Assembly (NCBI GenBank): GCA_039545335.1
Contig: BCIN01000001.1
Location: 1,671,129-1,735,128, forward strand
Reading direction: 5' to 3'
Source: Kondoa subrosea
Taxonomy: Eukaryota
DNA: 64,000 bases
Below are positions 49,701-62,659 of this stretch, in pieces; position 1 is the stretch's first letter, and each line of letters begins with the position of its first letter. The notes below the pieces were generated by a model. That model searched no databases and was not told the origin of the DNA. It saw only the letters and a list, made by a program, of their open reading frames with translations. Position numbers and translations under genes: made by a program.

Positions 49701-50150
49701 AGGAGCAGTGATTGCAGGAGAATGATGATTGTTCCCTAAAGTTGGGCAAGGAGGTTGAAACCAGGAAATAGAACAATCTTGACTCCCAAGGAAAAGAGCA
49801 TGATGTTCTGCTGACCAAGCAAGAGAGAAGATATCGCCAATGTTATCGTGTGAAGATTGCACCAGATATAGACATTCGAAAGTCCTCAGATCCCATATGC
49901 GAATTGTATTATCGCAGCCTGCACTGAAGAGCCATCCTTTCTCTTGAGCCACATCTAACGCTAAGACTGAACCTTCGTGGCCACTGAGGACAGCAGAGAG
50001 CTGCAGTGTGTCCAAATGGAAAGCATGAATATCTTTGACCAGTCCAGCGAACAGATGAGTAGATGAGCAGACAAGTCCCAAGACAGAGCTTTCAGTAGTT
50101 AACTCGCTCAAAAGGCCAGGCAGTTGAATAGGAGCGCTTTCGTCGGGCAT
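46785..50150 (-). CDS. DUG2: Glutathione degradosome subunit Dug2 (WD40 repeats plus M20 peptidase)
   Basis: WD40 motifs (GHEGSVLAL, LFSAGCDNTIRIWD, GDIFSLAWS) followed by M20 motifs ILYYGHYDVV, GRGVSDNKGP, LIEGEEEQ, LHSG, REGGSVPSIPWLEKEF and HLANERI. Confidence 0.9.
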
Positions 50151-50405
50151 ACAGCTCGATCAATCTGGGGTAGTATTCGAGCCAGTGTTCAGCGACAGAG
50201 CACAGGCCTTGATGGTATATAGTTTGCGGGTAGTATGGGGGTAAAGCGCAGTTTAATAAAGTGGGCTTCTCCTATTCGTTGTCTAGAACAGAAGAAAGGC
50301 GCAAAGTTTGTTATGAAACGCGTGATAGCCGTGATTGCAATTTGTACAAGGTAGCATTAAATTTTGTTTGATTTTGTACAAGAATCGAGGCTACGTCTAA
50401 AATAC

Positions 50406-51635
50406 TTATTGAGAAGTAACTGTTACTGTTACGACTGATTGACCAGCCTGCATGATACTAGAAGCTGTGGGCATTGCGGTCAACGAAACAGCAGCTCTTG
50501 AAGCACTTTCAGCCAATGAAGCGAGGGACTGAGCAGCGGCTTGAGTAGCTGCTGCAGCCGCGGATTGACTGGACATCGCTTCCATGCTTTGTGTTGCAGT
50601 CTGGTTTCCGAGAATGTTTACGGGCGGATCATCTGTAAATAGTATGAGTAAGAGACGCATGAATACGTAAAGAGAGACTTCACGAAGTTGCATGAAGAAT
50701 CCGGTGAACAAAGCAGTATCGCCAGAGCAAAAGACGGTGTTCCACTGTTTCACGTAATCAGGCTTGTTTTAGTCAATAACCAGCCCAAGCTTACCTCAAG
50801 AGTCGAGTTGTCTGGACTGTTTCGCGAAGGAGCCAAGTTGAGTTGCTGAACATAGCTGACCAAGGTTGCTGCTTGTCCTCCAAAATCTGTGCGATGTATG
50901 TCTCTCAGAACAGATTAAACTGACGAAATGAGACACGAACCTTGAGGACCATTGGATAAGATCCATGTCTCGTTAAGAGCTCCAGTGGAGTTGTCAGAGT
51001 TGTAGTATGTAAGCGTTTCAGTCAAGTCTTTTCCATTGCTGCTCAACTTTGTAAGCTCCAACATCGGGAGTCTGAGGGGGAAGAAGAGCATACATAGTCA
51101 TTGTTCGTGTCGCGCCTACTACTTGAGCAAGTCCAGTGTAGCCATTTCCTTGAGCACTTGTTCCGTTATACATCCAGGTGCTGCAGAACACATCAGCATG
51201 ATGTCGAATAGCGTTTTGCATCACTCACTTGTTCAAGAAATCACCGATCTGACTAGATATAGTCTGAGCGCTTCCTGCCAACTCTCGAGTGATGTTATAG
51301 CTTCCAGACATGTATCCCGCTGGGCAATCTATAGACAAAGGAGCTGATGATGCAGAAGCCAATGGAGGTGAAGCACCAGATGCCGAAGCCATAGAAGATG
51401 CAGACATCATAGATCCAGACATTGACATGGACATTGACATCGACATGGAACTGGAAGGTAGAGCTGATGCCAAAATTTCGCTTGTTGCACTGGTAGCGCT
51501 TTGAACTAAGCTTGACAGTGCTCCAACGTCTGTAGCTATTGGTTGCAGTGTTGTGGATGCATCTTGCCTTCTGTAGACAGCTGGAAAAGCAGAAACGCTG
51601 TATGCCAAGACGAGTAATGCGATGGATGAACGCAT
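50406..51635 (-). CDS. Secreted Ser/Thr-rich protein with a central globular domain (possibly SRPBCC/START-like); paralog 1
   Basis: Signal peptide MRSSIALLVLAYSVSA, dibasic RRQ, Ser/Met-rich linker, then CPAGY..TRELAG..IGDF..TWM..VGATRT..LTETLTYY..NTVFCSGD. Confidence 0.7.
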
Positions 51636-51921
51636 ATCGAAGGTGATGATGGTAGGTGGGAGAGGAAGAAGAAACGACGATGAGCTTGTGTAAGATCAAC
51701 AGAGTTGTTATCCGAATAAGGTAGAATGCAGGGCTGCCATGCGATTTCATGGGAATTGCCGGGAGTCAAAGCGAGAGACAGACGTCATTAAGGAAGCTTG
51801 AGCACTGCTTCCACAGGAGTTGCAAGGAGAAAGCGTGTATTATTCTATTGCGTCATCTTTATATGATAGTACAAGGTCGTGCCTTTGATAAAGGAAGCTA
51901 GCTAAGAAATTCTATATTGTC

Positions 51922-53223
51922 TTACATCTGAGCGAATAACTCAGTTAACGCATAATAATTGAGGGAGATGGTTACTCACTGCATGATCTGCAATGTATTG
52001 TAGAGCTGGCTCGTGCAGTTTTTCGAAGAAACCTGAATACATAGAAATGTCTTCTGCACAAAAGGATGTATTCCCTTTGATAGCGTTTAGATCAGCAAGC
52101 AAGAAATTGAGGCATTGGGTAGAGCTGACAATCTATTTGAGAAGCCGAATCGTTATTCGCTTGAGGACCGAGGACGATCGTACTACTGTAAGTTGCAATA
52201 CCGCTGTTCTGACCACCAAAGTCCAATGGACCGTTTGAGAGGACGAAGATTTGTCGAAGATAGCCAGCCTACGCTTATCCTATGAGCATAAGTCGGGGAA
52301 TACTAGCAATCAGTGAACAGACTGTAGGATCATAAACGTAATTTGTTAATGTTTCAGCTAGCTCGACACCGTTACTACAGATATATGATTAGCTCGGATG
52401 ACTATAAGATGATAAGACTCACACAGTAAAGCGTCTCGTGGCCCCAGCGTATTGACCCAATTGAATCTGGCCGTTCAGACCGCTAGTCTGAGTCAGAGGA
52501 GCGGAAGACATCCAGGTCCTGTATGTACCATCGTTATAGGCTGAACACACAAGAGAGAATACGTCCATACATATTCTGGAAATTTGCTATCAGGCCGCTA
52601 ATTCTCCTTGCCGGCAGCTCTAGTTCTCGCCTACTGGCTTGTCTTCCTTGTGAATAGCCTTGAGGGCAATTTGAAGCAAAAGGCATAGAAGACGCGGAGG
52701 GTAGGACAGGCGCAGCAAAGATACCTGTGCCGGCAACAGCTAGGCCATTGCTCGACGTAGGTGTAGCAGGAGTAGAAGAGGACCTAGGGCCTGATGCTGA
52801 GCTTGTTCGCGATGCAGCGGAAGTTGACTGAGAGGCACTTGATCCATTACTGCCACCAATAACTACTCTTGTTGCAGACCTGATTGCACTACTCGCGGAC
52901 GATTGAACAGCAGATATTGTCGAAGATGCTGAGGAACGGATAGAAGAAGGAGCTGGGGTGACACGGCTCCTGGCGGAAGAGAGAACTGAACCTGAAGCTA
53001 TGTCCGAACTTGATGATCCAGACTGTAAACTTGCTATTACATCGGTATTGGTAGAAACAGGAGATAGAGTAGGCAGCTCTCCGCCAGGTTGTACAGATCT
53101 GATCAAAGCGGTATTGATGGAGATGGGAGTCAAAGTCGTCGACTCAGCTTGACGTTTTTGAACAGGATTCGCCCATGCAGCGGATGCGGAGACCAGAAAT
53201 ATTGAAGCAAGAGCGATGTGCAT
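51922..53223 (-). CDS. Secreted Ser/Thr-rich protein; paralog 2, 3' end approximate
   Basis: Signal peptide MHIALASIFLVSASAAWA, KRQ, long Ser-rich linker, then CPQGY..RRELEL..IANF..TWM..AGATRR..LAETLTNY..NTSFCAED, collinear with paralog 1. Confidence 0.7.
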
Positions 53224-53282
53224 GCTGATATTGTGGTGCAATAGAGCAGCGCAAAGAGCGGTAATGAAGAGAGAAATAAAAT

Positions 53283-55166
53283 TTAACACGACAATTCATA
53301 GCAGAGACAGCTGCGGAAACAAGTTGCAACGAGTCCACTGCCCAGAGTTGCCTTATCGGTCGAGGCTCCATGTCGAACAGAACAGACAACATGGACGCAG
53401 AGTCTGTGACATGGTCTACGTAGCACAAGCCGCGAAATTTCGCAACAAAGGGAAATGCAAAACGGATATACAAGTACAGAAAACCTGTCCCAAAGTGCGG
53501 AAGCCCTCACTCTGCATCCACATCGCTGTCATCATCTTCCTTTATCTCTTCCTCCGATCCCTCTGCGTCTTCATCCGATGTACTTATTGGCCCGTCCTCC
53601 TCACGTCTAGCGGCTGCATCTTCTTCTGCCCATGCACGGACCTGTCTGTTGTTCCAAAAATCATTGGGCGAATGATGCTAAACAGAAGAGAGGCAGGACC
53701 TACTCTTTAGACCCTGTACGCAATGATGTATAGCCAAGATGACAAGAAAGCTCCCCGTCAAGGTATTTCAAAAAAGTAGGGCTCGAAGCCAAATCCTTCT
53801 TCCTCCAAAGTTTCGATTTGCCTTCCGTTTCTTGATAGCTGAAAGCTATACTAGCAACAAAGCACAAATCAGGCGAAAAGAGCGTACTAATCGCCCCAGC
53901 GGTTGGCTGGCGCATGTTCGGTAGGCGGCTGCAACCAATTCTCAGGGGACGGGGCAAATCAGACAAAATGCCAAACTTACCGCTCCTCTGCCTCCCATTA
54001 GTATAGGATGCCTTTGCGCCTCTGGCAAAGTGATCCGCCCTTCCTTCGTGATGTGAGCATTCCAAGAATCGCCAAAATCGTAGGTATAGTTGACCGCGAT
54101 ATCATCACCAGCTTTGTTGAAAATTTCAGCCAGAGTTTGTGAAGGAGTGATCCGAATGGCTTTGTCTCCATAGTCTTCTTCTTCTTCCTCATCTGAATAT
54201 GGGCCGTTTAGTCGACCTTGCTGTCTTCTTCGATTCCACATGGCGTCTCTTTTTTGCAATCGAAGCAAGAATGCTTGTGGATGACCCCAAGACTTGACTT
54301 CTCCCTTCTTCGTTTTAAAGATTTCGCATTGTCTGTATTTAATATCATCTTTAGTGTCGGGGTAATATCGCTTTGCTACAATTGATATTCGCACTTACGA
54401 ATACTTCTCAAACTTATGCAAATGACTGTTTGACCAGCCGAAGAGGAATTGCAGGTAGCTGTGTAAGGTTGCTGCTGTCCAATTGCGACTGATTTTTGGG
54501 AGAGATTGTTAATATGGATGGAAAGCATTACTGCATGCTGGGCTCACGGCAACTGGACTAGCCTCCACACTGCCATACGTGGGATGCAGAATCGTAGCTG
54601 AATATAGCTGATTGTCGCATCAGGTAATTTTCTGCGTGCATTTAGTACATTGTGTATATAGTTGCGTCGAAAGGCTTGACTTACTGACTCGGTTTCAACG
54701 ATAGCCAAGTTCTAATCATATTCAAACATTGGATGGAATCAAACACAGCATGACTACTTCAGCATACCTCTGACCATGGGCTATCCATTGCAAGAACGTG
54801 GCCTCGTCTATTGACGGGATGCTGTTCCTTCTAACAAATGCCAGAAGATCGGAAGATGCATCAGGACCAATCACTAGATGCGTCGTCTTGCCTTTCTTAT
54901 AGTCCTGGTCGACCGATCTATGGCAACAACATTGTAGTACCAGTGCCGCAAAACTGTTTATGCACTCACGCTCCATGACGTCGAGCCAAAGTCTTGACTT
55001 CTGTTGTAGAGAGGAAAGACAGACCATAGCAAGCCAAGCGCACATTAGCATAAACGCTAGTCTTTTGTGGCTCTACTTCTTGTCGTTTCGCTCCTCGTCT
55101 GCCCAAACTGCACTCAAAGTCGAATATACCAGAATCGTCAAAGTCTTGAAAGGTTCTCTTATTCAT
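53283..55166 (-). CDS. Protein with an N-terminal BRCT-like domain and a pRiA4b ORF-3 / MM3350-like domain; acidic tail, 3' end uncertain (53283-53510)
   Basis: GLSFLSTTEVKTLARRHGA..KKGKTTHLVIG..IDEATFLQWI is BRCT-like. VWRLVQ..LHSYLQFLFGWSNSHLHKF, YTYDFGDSWNAHI and GGRGAPPTE are hallmarks of the pRiA4b ORF-3 family. Confidence 0.7.
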
Positions 55167-55573
55167 GGCTTGTGAATGGATGGAGGGAACAAACAACAAA
55201 GCGGATCAAAACAGACTCGACCCGATCGCGTCGAAATCCCGCTTTGTAGGAAGTGCAGAACTGGATGCCGCACGTGACTAGCGAAAAGAGACAGAAAGAG
55301 CGAAAGCTAAAAAGCAGCACGAAAAGACTGGCGGTGCTTTAGCGTGAGCAGGAGGATAGATTATGGCTGGCACAGTGAGGATCTTTGAGTGAAGAGACTG
55401 CCCGCAATTCGAAATGTCTCACAGCAGCAACGCGCTAGGCAAGAGAGTTCAAGAGACAGAGAGCACAAGCACTAATCCGAAGGCAGTTACAGAGCCACGA
55501 ACCAAGCACGAACGGGCAAGCTAAGCCAATCATTTGGTTCTCCGCAAACGAGCAAGAAGTTCTTCGTCAAGAC

Positions 55574-56135
55574 ATGCCGCCAAAGGAAAGCGATGTACGG
55601 AAAAGAACAGCAATAGCCACAGCGAACATAACGCAGAGGAAAGAAGCTGACTTTCCAGACTCTGATCTGGATCCTGTCGCGTATCTGGACAAGGTCGAAG
55701 AGGACTTGAATTTGCGAGTGGATGCAGCGGTTGCTACGCTAGGCGAGGGGCTTTCTGAGCTGGTTCGGATGTCTGCGGTGAGCCCATTCGTTTATTACTT
55801 GATGCAATAGCTCAAGCGGCGCATGTCCAGGTTGGCGACAAAGATCCATTCACTGTAGCTGAGGAGAGCTTTCAGATTGATATTAGGGTAGAGAACATGG
55901 TAACTAGCTTATGCAAGCAATCTCTTTCAATGCTGAAGCTCGCAAGCAGATCAAAGCTACCGAAAACCTGCTGGCTCTCTCGCATACACTCAAGATGATG
56001 CATCTGCTCAATGATCATGATGCAACCAATACTGCCAAGACTCGTCTTAGAGATGAACGAAGTGCTGAAGTCGAAGAAAAACGACTCGAAGCTGAAGCTC
56101 TGCTCAAGGATCTCCTGAAGACATCTCAACATTGA
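55574..56135 (+). CDS. MED22: Mediator subunit Med22 (Srb6/Surf5)
   Basis: LNLRVDAAVATLGEGLSELVRMSA-VGDKDPFTVAEESFQIDIRVENM-IKATENLLALSHTLKMMHLLND matches the Med22 pattern. Confidence 0.8.
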
Positions 56136-56137
56136 TG

Positions 56138-57480
56138 CTATGATTGTGTACAGCTCTTTTCCTCTTCGCCTTCTCCCTCCTCCACATTGATCTTCTCCGT
56201 ACTCGAGAATCTGCCCGGAAGAAGGATCGCTTCGCATTGCTTGGTCTTCCCGCCGTCCAGATTTGGTCTCTTAGGCGGCAACAGCTCGACCAGTCCTTTC
56301 CTCTGCTCTTCGGTTAAGCTGTTGAACCAAGTCGACACACTTCCGTCCATCTGTAACTCAACATACAAATCGCCTCTTCCTTCTCCTTTGCTGTTGAGGT
56401 ATAAACCTTGACCGCTGATTTTCAACCTATTGTTCATATTTGGTTCGATCGGCCCATCAACTTTACACTTTACACCCGTTCCATCAATATGGTTGACCAA
56501 CACTCTGTCAAAACCCAATAGCATCTCGCTCAAAGTCAAAGTTGATGTAGTTTGAAGATCGAATCTTGAGTTTGGCATCAAGGAGAATGAAGGGTGTGGT
56601 AGTACTTTGAGGATGAAGACTAGATCACCAGCCGCATAAGCATCTGGACTTTCGTCTCCTGCGTTGGGTAGAACGATGGGATAGCCGTCGTACATTCCCT
56701 TAGTGATATGAAGCGTTGTTGTTGAAGTGGATGGATGGGTTTTGGCACCACGACATGAAGTACAGAGATCGGAAGAACGGAAAGAAGAACCAGTCCCTTC
56801 GCAGGAAGAACATTCAGTATAGAAGTTGCGAACAGTATTCGGACCATGTGGAATTTGACTCCGAGTTTGACCCTAAGAAATCAAAAGGTAAGCTTCATAT
56901 AGTAAGTACCTGAAGGTATCTTACTAATCCAGAACAGGTCATACATTCTTTCAATGTTGAATTTGGTCGACAACCATTTCCTTTACAAGTTAAACACAAT
57001 TTCTTCTTCTGTAGCTTCAACTTGACTTCTTTCCCATGCAACAAATCTCCCAACTTCACATTAAAAGAAATAGTTTGGGTTGGTCCTTTAGCTGATTTCC
57101 TTGGTGCTTGAGAAGGACGAGAACGAGGTGGTTCTGGACGAGTGAAGAATTGGGCAAAGAATTCATTGAAGTCTTCATTCGATTGCTGGGCAGAGAAAGA
57201 GGAGGAGGAGGAGGTTTGGCCTGTTCGATCATAATGCGCTCGAGTATCTGGATTACTCAAGATCTTTCGAAGGGAAGAGAATTAGTAAAGCGACAAAGTA
57301 TGGTCAAAGTGTAATCAATTGGCTGACTTCATAAGCGTTACGCAATTCCTTGAAAGCTTCTTGTGTATCGCTTTCGAGATTTCTATCTGGGTGACATTCA
57401 AGTGCTTTGCGTTGAAAGGCTTTCTTTATCGTCCCAGAGTCTGCATCTTTCGCAACACCGAGCACATCATACAAAGTCAT
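56138..57480 (-). CDS. Type I DnaJ/Hsp40 co-chaperone (Ydj1/Xdj1-like) with a CaaX prenylation motif
   Basis: J domain MTLYDVLGV..CHPDRN..AYE, CxxCxGxG zinc-finger repeats, GDLVFIL, GRGDLYVE and C-terminal CTQS. Confidence 0.9.
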
Positions 57481-57673
57481 TCCATTGGTCACCGTTGCTC
57501 TCCTAGAAATTCAACTTTGCACACTTCACTCTGAGACGGCCAATACCTAGAATAGCCACACTTCAACTACCTCTGGTTTACAGCACATACAACAGAGCTG
57601 CTCTACTGGAATATACCACGCCTGGGAATTGCTAGACTTCGCCTGGAATTTGAAGTTGTGAAATTCCGTCAAG

Positions 57674-59323
57674 ATGCCGCCCAAGGGGAAACAGAATGAT
57701 GCGAAAGCTGCTAAAGTAGCTATTGATAAGGTATTGCTCCTCTTCATACTGCCCCAGTTTCCAAAAGCTGATCTCATTCTTGTAAAGACATTCGGTATGA
57801 AAGTTCGTCCTCTATCCCCTTACATGAGACAGCGTCAGCAGCTGATCTAGTGCGAGAATAGAATAAGAAAGGTGGAAAAGGACAAAAGATTGTTCAACGA
57901 TTGCAGCAAGAAGCTTCACAAGCGGGCAAGAGTCCAGCTCAGATCGCTAAAGAGAAACAAAGGGAAGCGGAAGCTAAAGCCAAGAGACTTGAACAGGCTC
58001 ACAAAGAATCAGTTGCTGAGCTGTGTGTACCTTCAGCGAGGGTGGTGTAGACAAAGAATTGATTGAATTGGGTTACAGATTCAAACCTATTCAGACTCAG
58101 AAAGTACCGTTTGGAGTTGGTGCGTTTATCTAGCTCGAAGTGGTAACGTATTCAAGCTAACGAGGAAACTTAGATCCGAAAACAAGTGCGCAAGGCGCTG
58201 CAATAGCATATTCGTTATGCTGATTGTATTGCTTTCTATGCACAGTCGTGTGCCAATACTTCAAAGCCGGTCACTGCGACAAAGGAAAGAAGTGCAAGTT
58301 CTCGCATGATCTAGACGCTGGTCGCAAACAAGAGAAGATCGATTTGTATACTGATGCGAGAGCAGAGAAGGAGAAAGGTTTGTCCTGGAACTTATCTCGC
58401 CCTTGTAGCGTGACTAGATCCCGGGATTGAACAGATACGATGGATACTTGGAACGATGCGAAATTGCAAGAAGTCGTTTTGAGCAGTAAGTCCTCTCGAA
58501 GGTGACCGTAGCGATGCGCTGAGCGGGATGTAGAACAAGGCAATGCAGTCACGACGACAGATATCGTATGCAAGTACTTTATTGATGCGATAGAAGAAGG
58601 GTGAGTCACTTTTCCTCTGACATCAGAATATATATCTGATAAAGGCTGAAACAATCAGGAAATACGGGTGAGATCCATTATTGCTAACTATATGGGTCGT
58701 ACTGACATTTATTCCGCAGCTGGTTCTGGACATGTCCTAACGGAGAAGATTGCAAATACGTGCATGCTCTACCACCAGGTTTCGTTCTGAAAGCGCAAAA
58801 GAAGAAAGACAAAGAAGATGCAGCTAACGCACCGCAGATTACGCTTGAAGATTTCTTGGAAACTGAACGACATAAATTACCTGCTACTTTGACACCTATT
58901 ACTGTTGAAAGTTTCGCCAAGTGGAAGAAGGAAAGGTTGGATAAGAAGGAAGCTGCTGCGTAAGCTGCGCGCATCTTCATTGCTTGATTGAAAAGCTGAG
59001 GAGTTGCTGCAATATTACAGCGATGCAATCAATAAAGCGAAACAATTGACCGCTCAAGCTGGTAAAGCTAGTGGTTTGTCTGGAAGAGATCTCTTCACCT
59101 TCAGTACGTGTTTCTGTCATATTCACGCGAGATGCAGCTGATTTCCATGCCTCCAGACCCAGAGTTGTATGGTGATGAAGATGAAGAAGAGGAGGAAGAT
59201 GATGATGCTTGGGATCTAGCAGCGTACAGAAAACAAACGGAAGAAGCTCGAGATGAAGCAGAAAGGAAACGGATCGAAGCTTTAGGTGGTTCTGTTGCTA
59301 CGATGAACTTGAACTCGGGTTGA
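57674..59323 (+). CDS. TMA46: CCCH zinc-finger translation machinery-associated protein Tma46 (ZC3H15/DFRP1)
   Basis: [101 protein letters not shown]. Confidence 0.93.
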
Positions 59324-59473
59324 AAAGCTTATCACGAGGGAAAATGGAAATAGTTCGATGCATTTTGATTCTGTAATCACTACTGCTGTTGCCTTCCCTC
59401 GAGTAGACATGTCGCGCTTGGTCATTTTCGACTTTGCGATTCTTGACATAAACCGCCAGTTGCTGTTTCGAAC

Positions 59474-60071
59474 ATGCAGAGTATGTGATGAGATAGAAGT
59501 GAGCATCTTATACTGATGCTTCCTGCCTCTTCTCTGCCGTACAGTCAAAGTCAAGGTAAGCAACCTTTCTCGTCAAACTATTCGCAGCAAAGATAGCTGA
59601 TCTGCCCATGCTATCAGACCCTGACGGGCAAGGAAGTGAGTCTATGGCCAATCGCATCTCATCCCATGCTGATCTATCCATCACAGATTGAGCTCGACAT
59701 TGATGCAGATGACAAAGTGCGCGCTCCGGGTTCACTCAACACATTGGCCGCAGTACAACTGAACCTATTAATTCTGTCAGATCGAGAGGTTAAAGGAGAA
59801 GATTGAGGAGAAAGAAGGGATCCCACCTGTGCAGCAACGTCTGATTTACGGAGGAAAGCAAATGTGCGTTCGCCTCATGATGATGAAGCTTATTCGCAAG
59901 CTTAGCAAACGTGTCGTAACGTACAGGAACGACGAGAAGACTGCAAAGGAATTCAACCTACAAGCGGGTATTACTATTCATTTGGGTGAGTCCGATTGCT
60001 TAGTCTTGCACGTAGTTGTGTTGAATTGGGCATATTAATTCACAGTATTGGCGCTAAGAGGAGGATCGTAA
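59474..60071 (+). CDS. RUB1: Ubiquitin-like protein NEDD8/Rub1 (7 exons)
   Basis: Spliced [77 protein letters not shown]. Ala72 (LALRGG) marks NEDD8 rather than ubiquitin. Confidence 0.95.
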
Positions 60072-60664
60072 GTGCTCTACTACTTGCATTCGCAGATGCT
60101 CATGTGCTAGGGTGCTCTTACAGATCGTGAAAGAGATATCAATACATTGAAATTCGATTTGCATGCTTTGGCTGTTTGATTTCCTGCTACCAATAACTGG
60201 ACTTCTGCTCCTCTTATACGTCACGACCTGCTCAACAGCGTGGTGTCTCCGAGACGCACGGCTAGTATGCTGCGGTCCGAATTCTTTAGGTACAGATCCT
60301 CTATCACCTCGAAAGCTCAAGCATGCTGTCTACATCTGTCACCTCTGCATCTGTCGCTTGGACAAGCAGAGGCCAGACACGGGCTCTCCAGTCTTCGAAC
60401 TTTATGATGTCTGGCTAGCAGCTTCCGTGTACTAGGCCAGAAGTTGTGCAGATCATGATCAGTGTCTGCTGCATTGCGCAGACAGATGAGAGACAATCGT
60501 AAAGTGATTCAATACCCGTCAAAGTCACGCGCGACGACGTTGAACATCTGATAGAAACAACGAGAGACATCAGCAACAAAGCATTTGATACCCTGATCTG
60601 GTGCATCTATACCCTTTGCAGAGTTTGCCGTGACTCAGTCAGCTGTCTCTTTACATTGTATTTC

Positions 60665-62594
60665 ATGAATTTCGAAGAAGAGGATGAGAAGCGCTTCTTA
60701 CTGCTACCGTTGGCCATCCTGACTGGTGCTGCTCTGTCTCTATCTCATTCTGTACTCGTTTCCTAGCTGGACCTCTTGCGTTGCTGTGTGCAAAACAGAC
60801 CATTACGAGGAAGACATTCCGCTCTTGCTCAAACTGGAGATCAACTACAACCCAGTTCGAGCAAGATTCATCATCTCAGATCTAGCAAACGTGTACTTTG
60901 AAGGATTAAGGGAACAGCAGATCCATTTACGATTGCAGAAATCACTTGTTGGTGCTTCACAGGAAGATGCTGATTCTCAAAGTCAAGTCTTTCGACAAGG
61001 TAATAGGGATGCTCAAGTGAAGCAGACTTTAGAAGAAATTCAGGATGCGTAAGTTTGGGAAATGAAGCGAGGATGAGAATTCATGAAGATTGATTATGAT
61101 TATGGTCAATAGTCTCGGTCTTACAGCTGGAGGTACCAAGATTCTAAGTCGAGCTGCAAGAGAAGAATTGGTTGCTCAAACTAGACCTGTCAAAGCTAAA
61201 CTGACTCGAACGAAAGAAGGCATCGATCTAGTCCTTTCTACGGCTTCGCTAAACTTCATGATTTCTGCTGTACGTCAGGAGTTTCTCTATGAGTTAATGA
61301 CCCTAGAGAAGTCTTTTACGTACAGGACGCCTTCAGAGTCGCTTCAAATCAAGCAAACTTCATACGAGATCAAATCCTCTTGCCGTTACTCGGTTTCTGT
61401 GCTGGTGCAGAACCGCTCATTGATCCACCAGATGAGTTGCCAGATGTATGCCCTGTTCTCTTTCAAAGAGATTAAGCTGATCTGTCTATGCAGAGAATCG
61501 ATGCTGATGCCAAAGCAATCTCGCTCAAGCCAACTAGACAGCTATCGAATCTCTTTCAAATGCCCATCTTTTCCGGAGCTCTTCAACGATGGTCTGTAGG
61601 CTTCTACTCTCCTTCTACACCCCGACCAGAATTACCAGGCTATCAGAAAACTGCTAAACCTCCCAGCCCAAATGGGAAACACCTCAAAGCTACTTCTCGA
61701 AACAATTCTACAGCTTCTCTTACTTCCCAAAACCAAGCTCAACCAACCAATATTGGTGCAAGGATGTTAGCTGGCACGAAAAGGTTGAAACCTGGTGAAC
61801 ATTTACCTAAACTTGGTAGACAAGCTTCTTGGAATCATGATGATGAAACCCAACTTCCAACTCTACCACCTCGATTATCAACGCAGAACAAGAAGAAGTT
61901 TTCAGTTGCTCCTGCTCCTGATAGCGATGAAGCGGGAGAAGCGGCTTTCCTAGTCAATGTTCCATCGAAACCGTCATTCACTTTACCTGATTTTGATCCT
62001 GATGCTACTACGAATACTGAGGATGAAAGGAGTATGATTAAGAGTGTTGATAAGGGCAAAGGGAAAGCTGTGATGCAGAATGAAAGTGATACCGAGTCTG
62101 AGAAGGTACGCGCAGGGTCTCTCTGCCGGATTTACCGATGCTAACGAAGGAATGTTGTCGTACAGGAAGAATCGCAGGCGGTATTACCTAAACCTCAACT
62201 ACCCGTCAAATCTCGGTCAAGTTCACCTTATTCTGTTCCTCCTTCTCACCAACCTTCGCAGCCTATCTCTCGACAAGCTTCCCAATCTGCTCAAGATCAA
62301 GGCAGCGCAACAGAATCCGAGAGCGAAGTCAATTCAGTTCCGCCTCAATTATCTGCTTTACCAAAATCCCGACCTTCTCCCCCAAAACGCAGACCGCTTT
62401 CACCTTCACCTTCTCCTCCTCCTACTTTTGTTGCGCCTTTGCCTAAAGCTGAGCCAGGCAAGAAGAAACGCAAGTCTGCTGCGCTGGATGAAGAAATGGA
62501 GAAAGAACGCTTGGCTGTATTGAGAGCTGGTGGAACTATGGGATCTCGTGCTCCAGTGCGAAAGAAAGCGCGCAGAGGAGGGAAAGGTTTCTAA
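60665..62594 (+). CDS. XLF/Cernunnos (Nej1)-like non-homologous end-joining factor
   Basis: N-terminal LLLPW..LLLKL..FIISDLANVYFE head-like region, a long Pro/Ser-rich tail, and C-terminal RKKARRGGKGF resembling the XLF Ku-binding motif (basic residues followed by GxF). Confidence 0.6.
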
Positions 62595-62659
62595 GGTCCA
62601 AATCATGCAACATTGTATTACCTATTTCCAATGTTCTTCTCGACGCGACCAATGAGACA

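Noticed and set aside
55200..55570. Possible tRNA or other RNA gene in the intergenic region
   Set aside because: I could not build a cloverleaf or find convincing A/B boxes.
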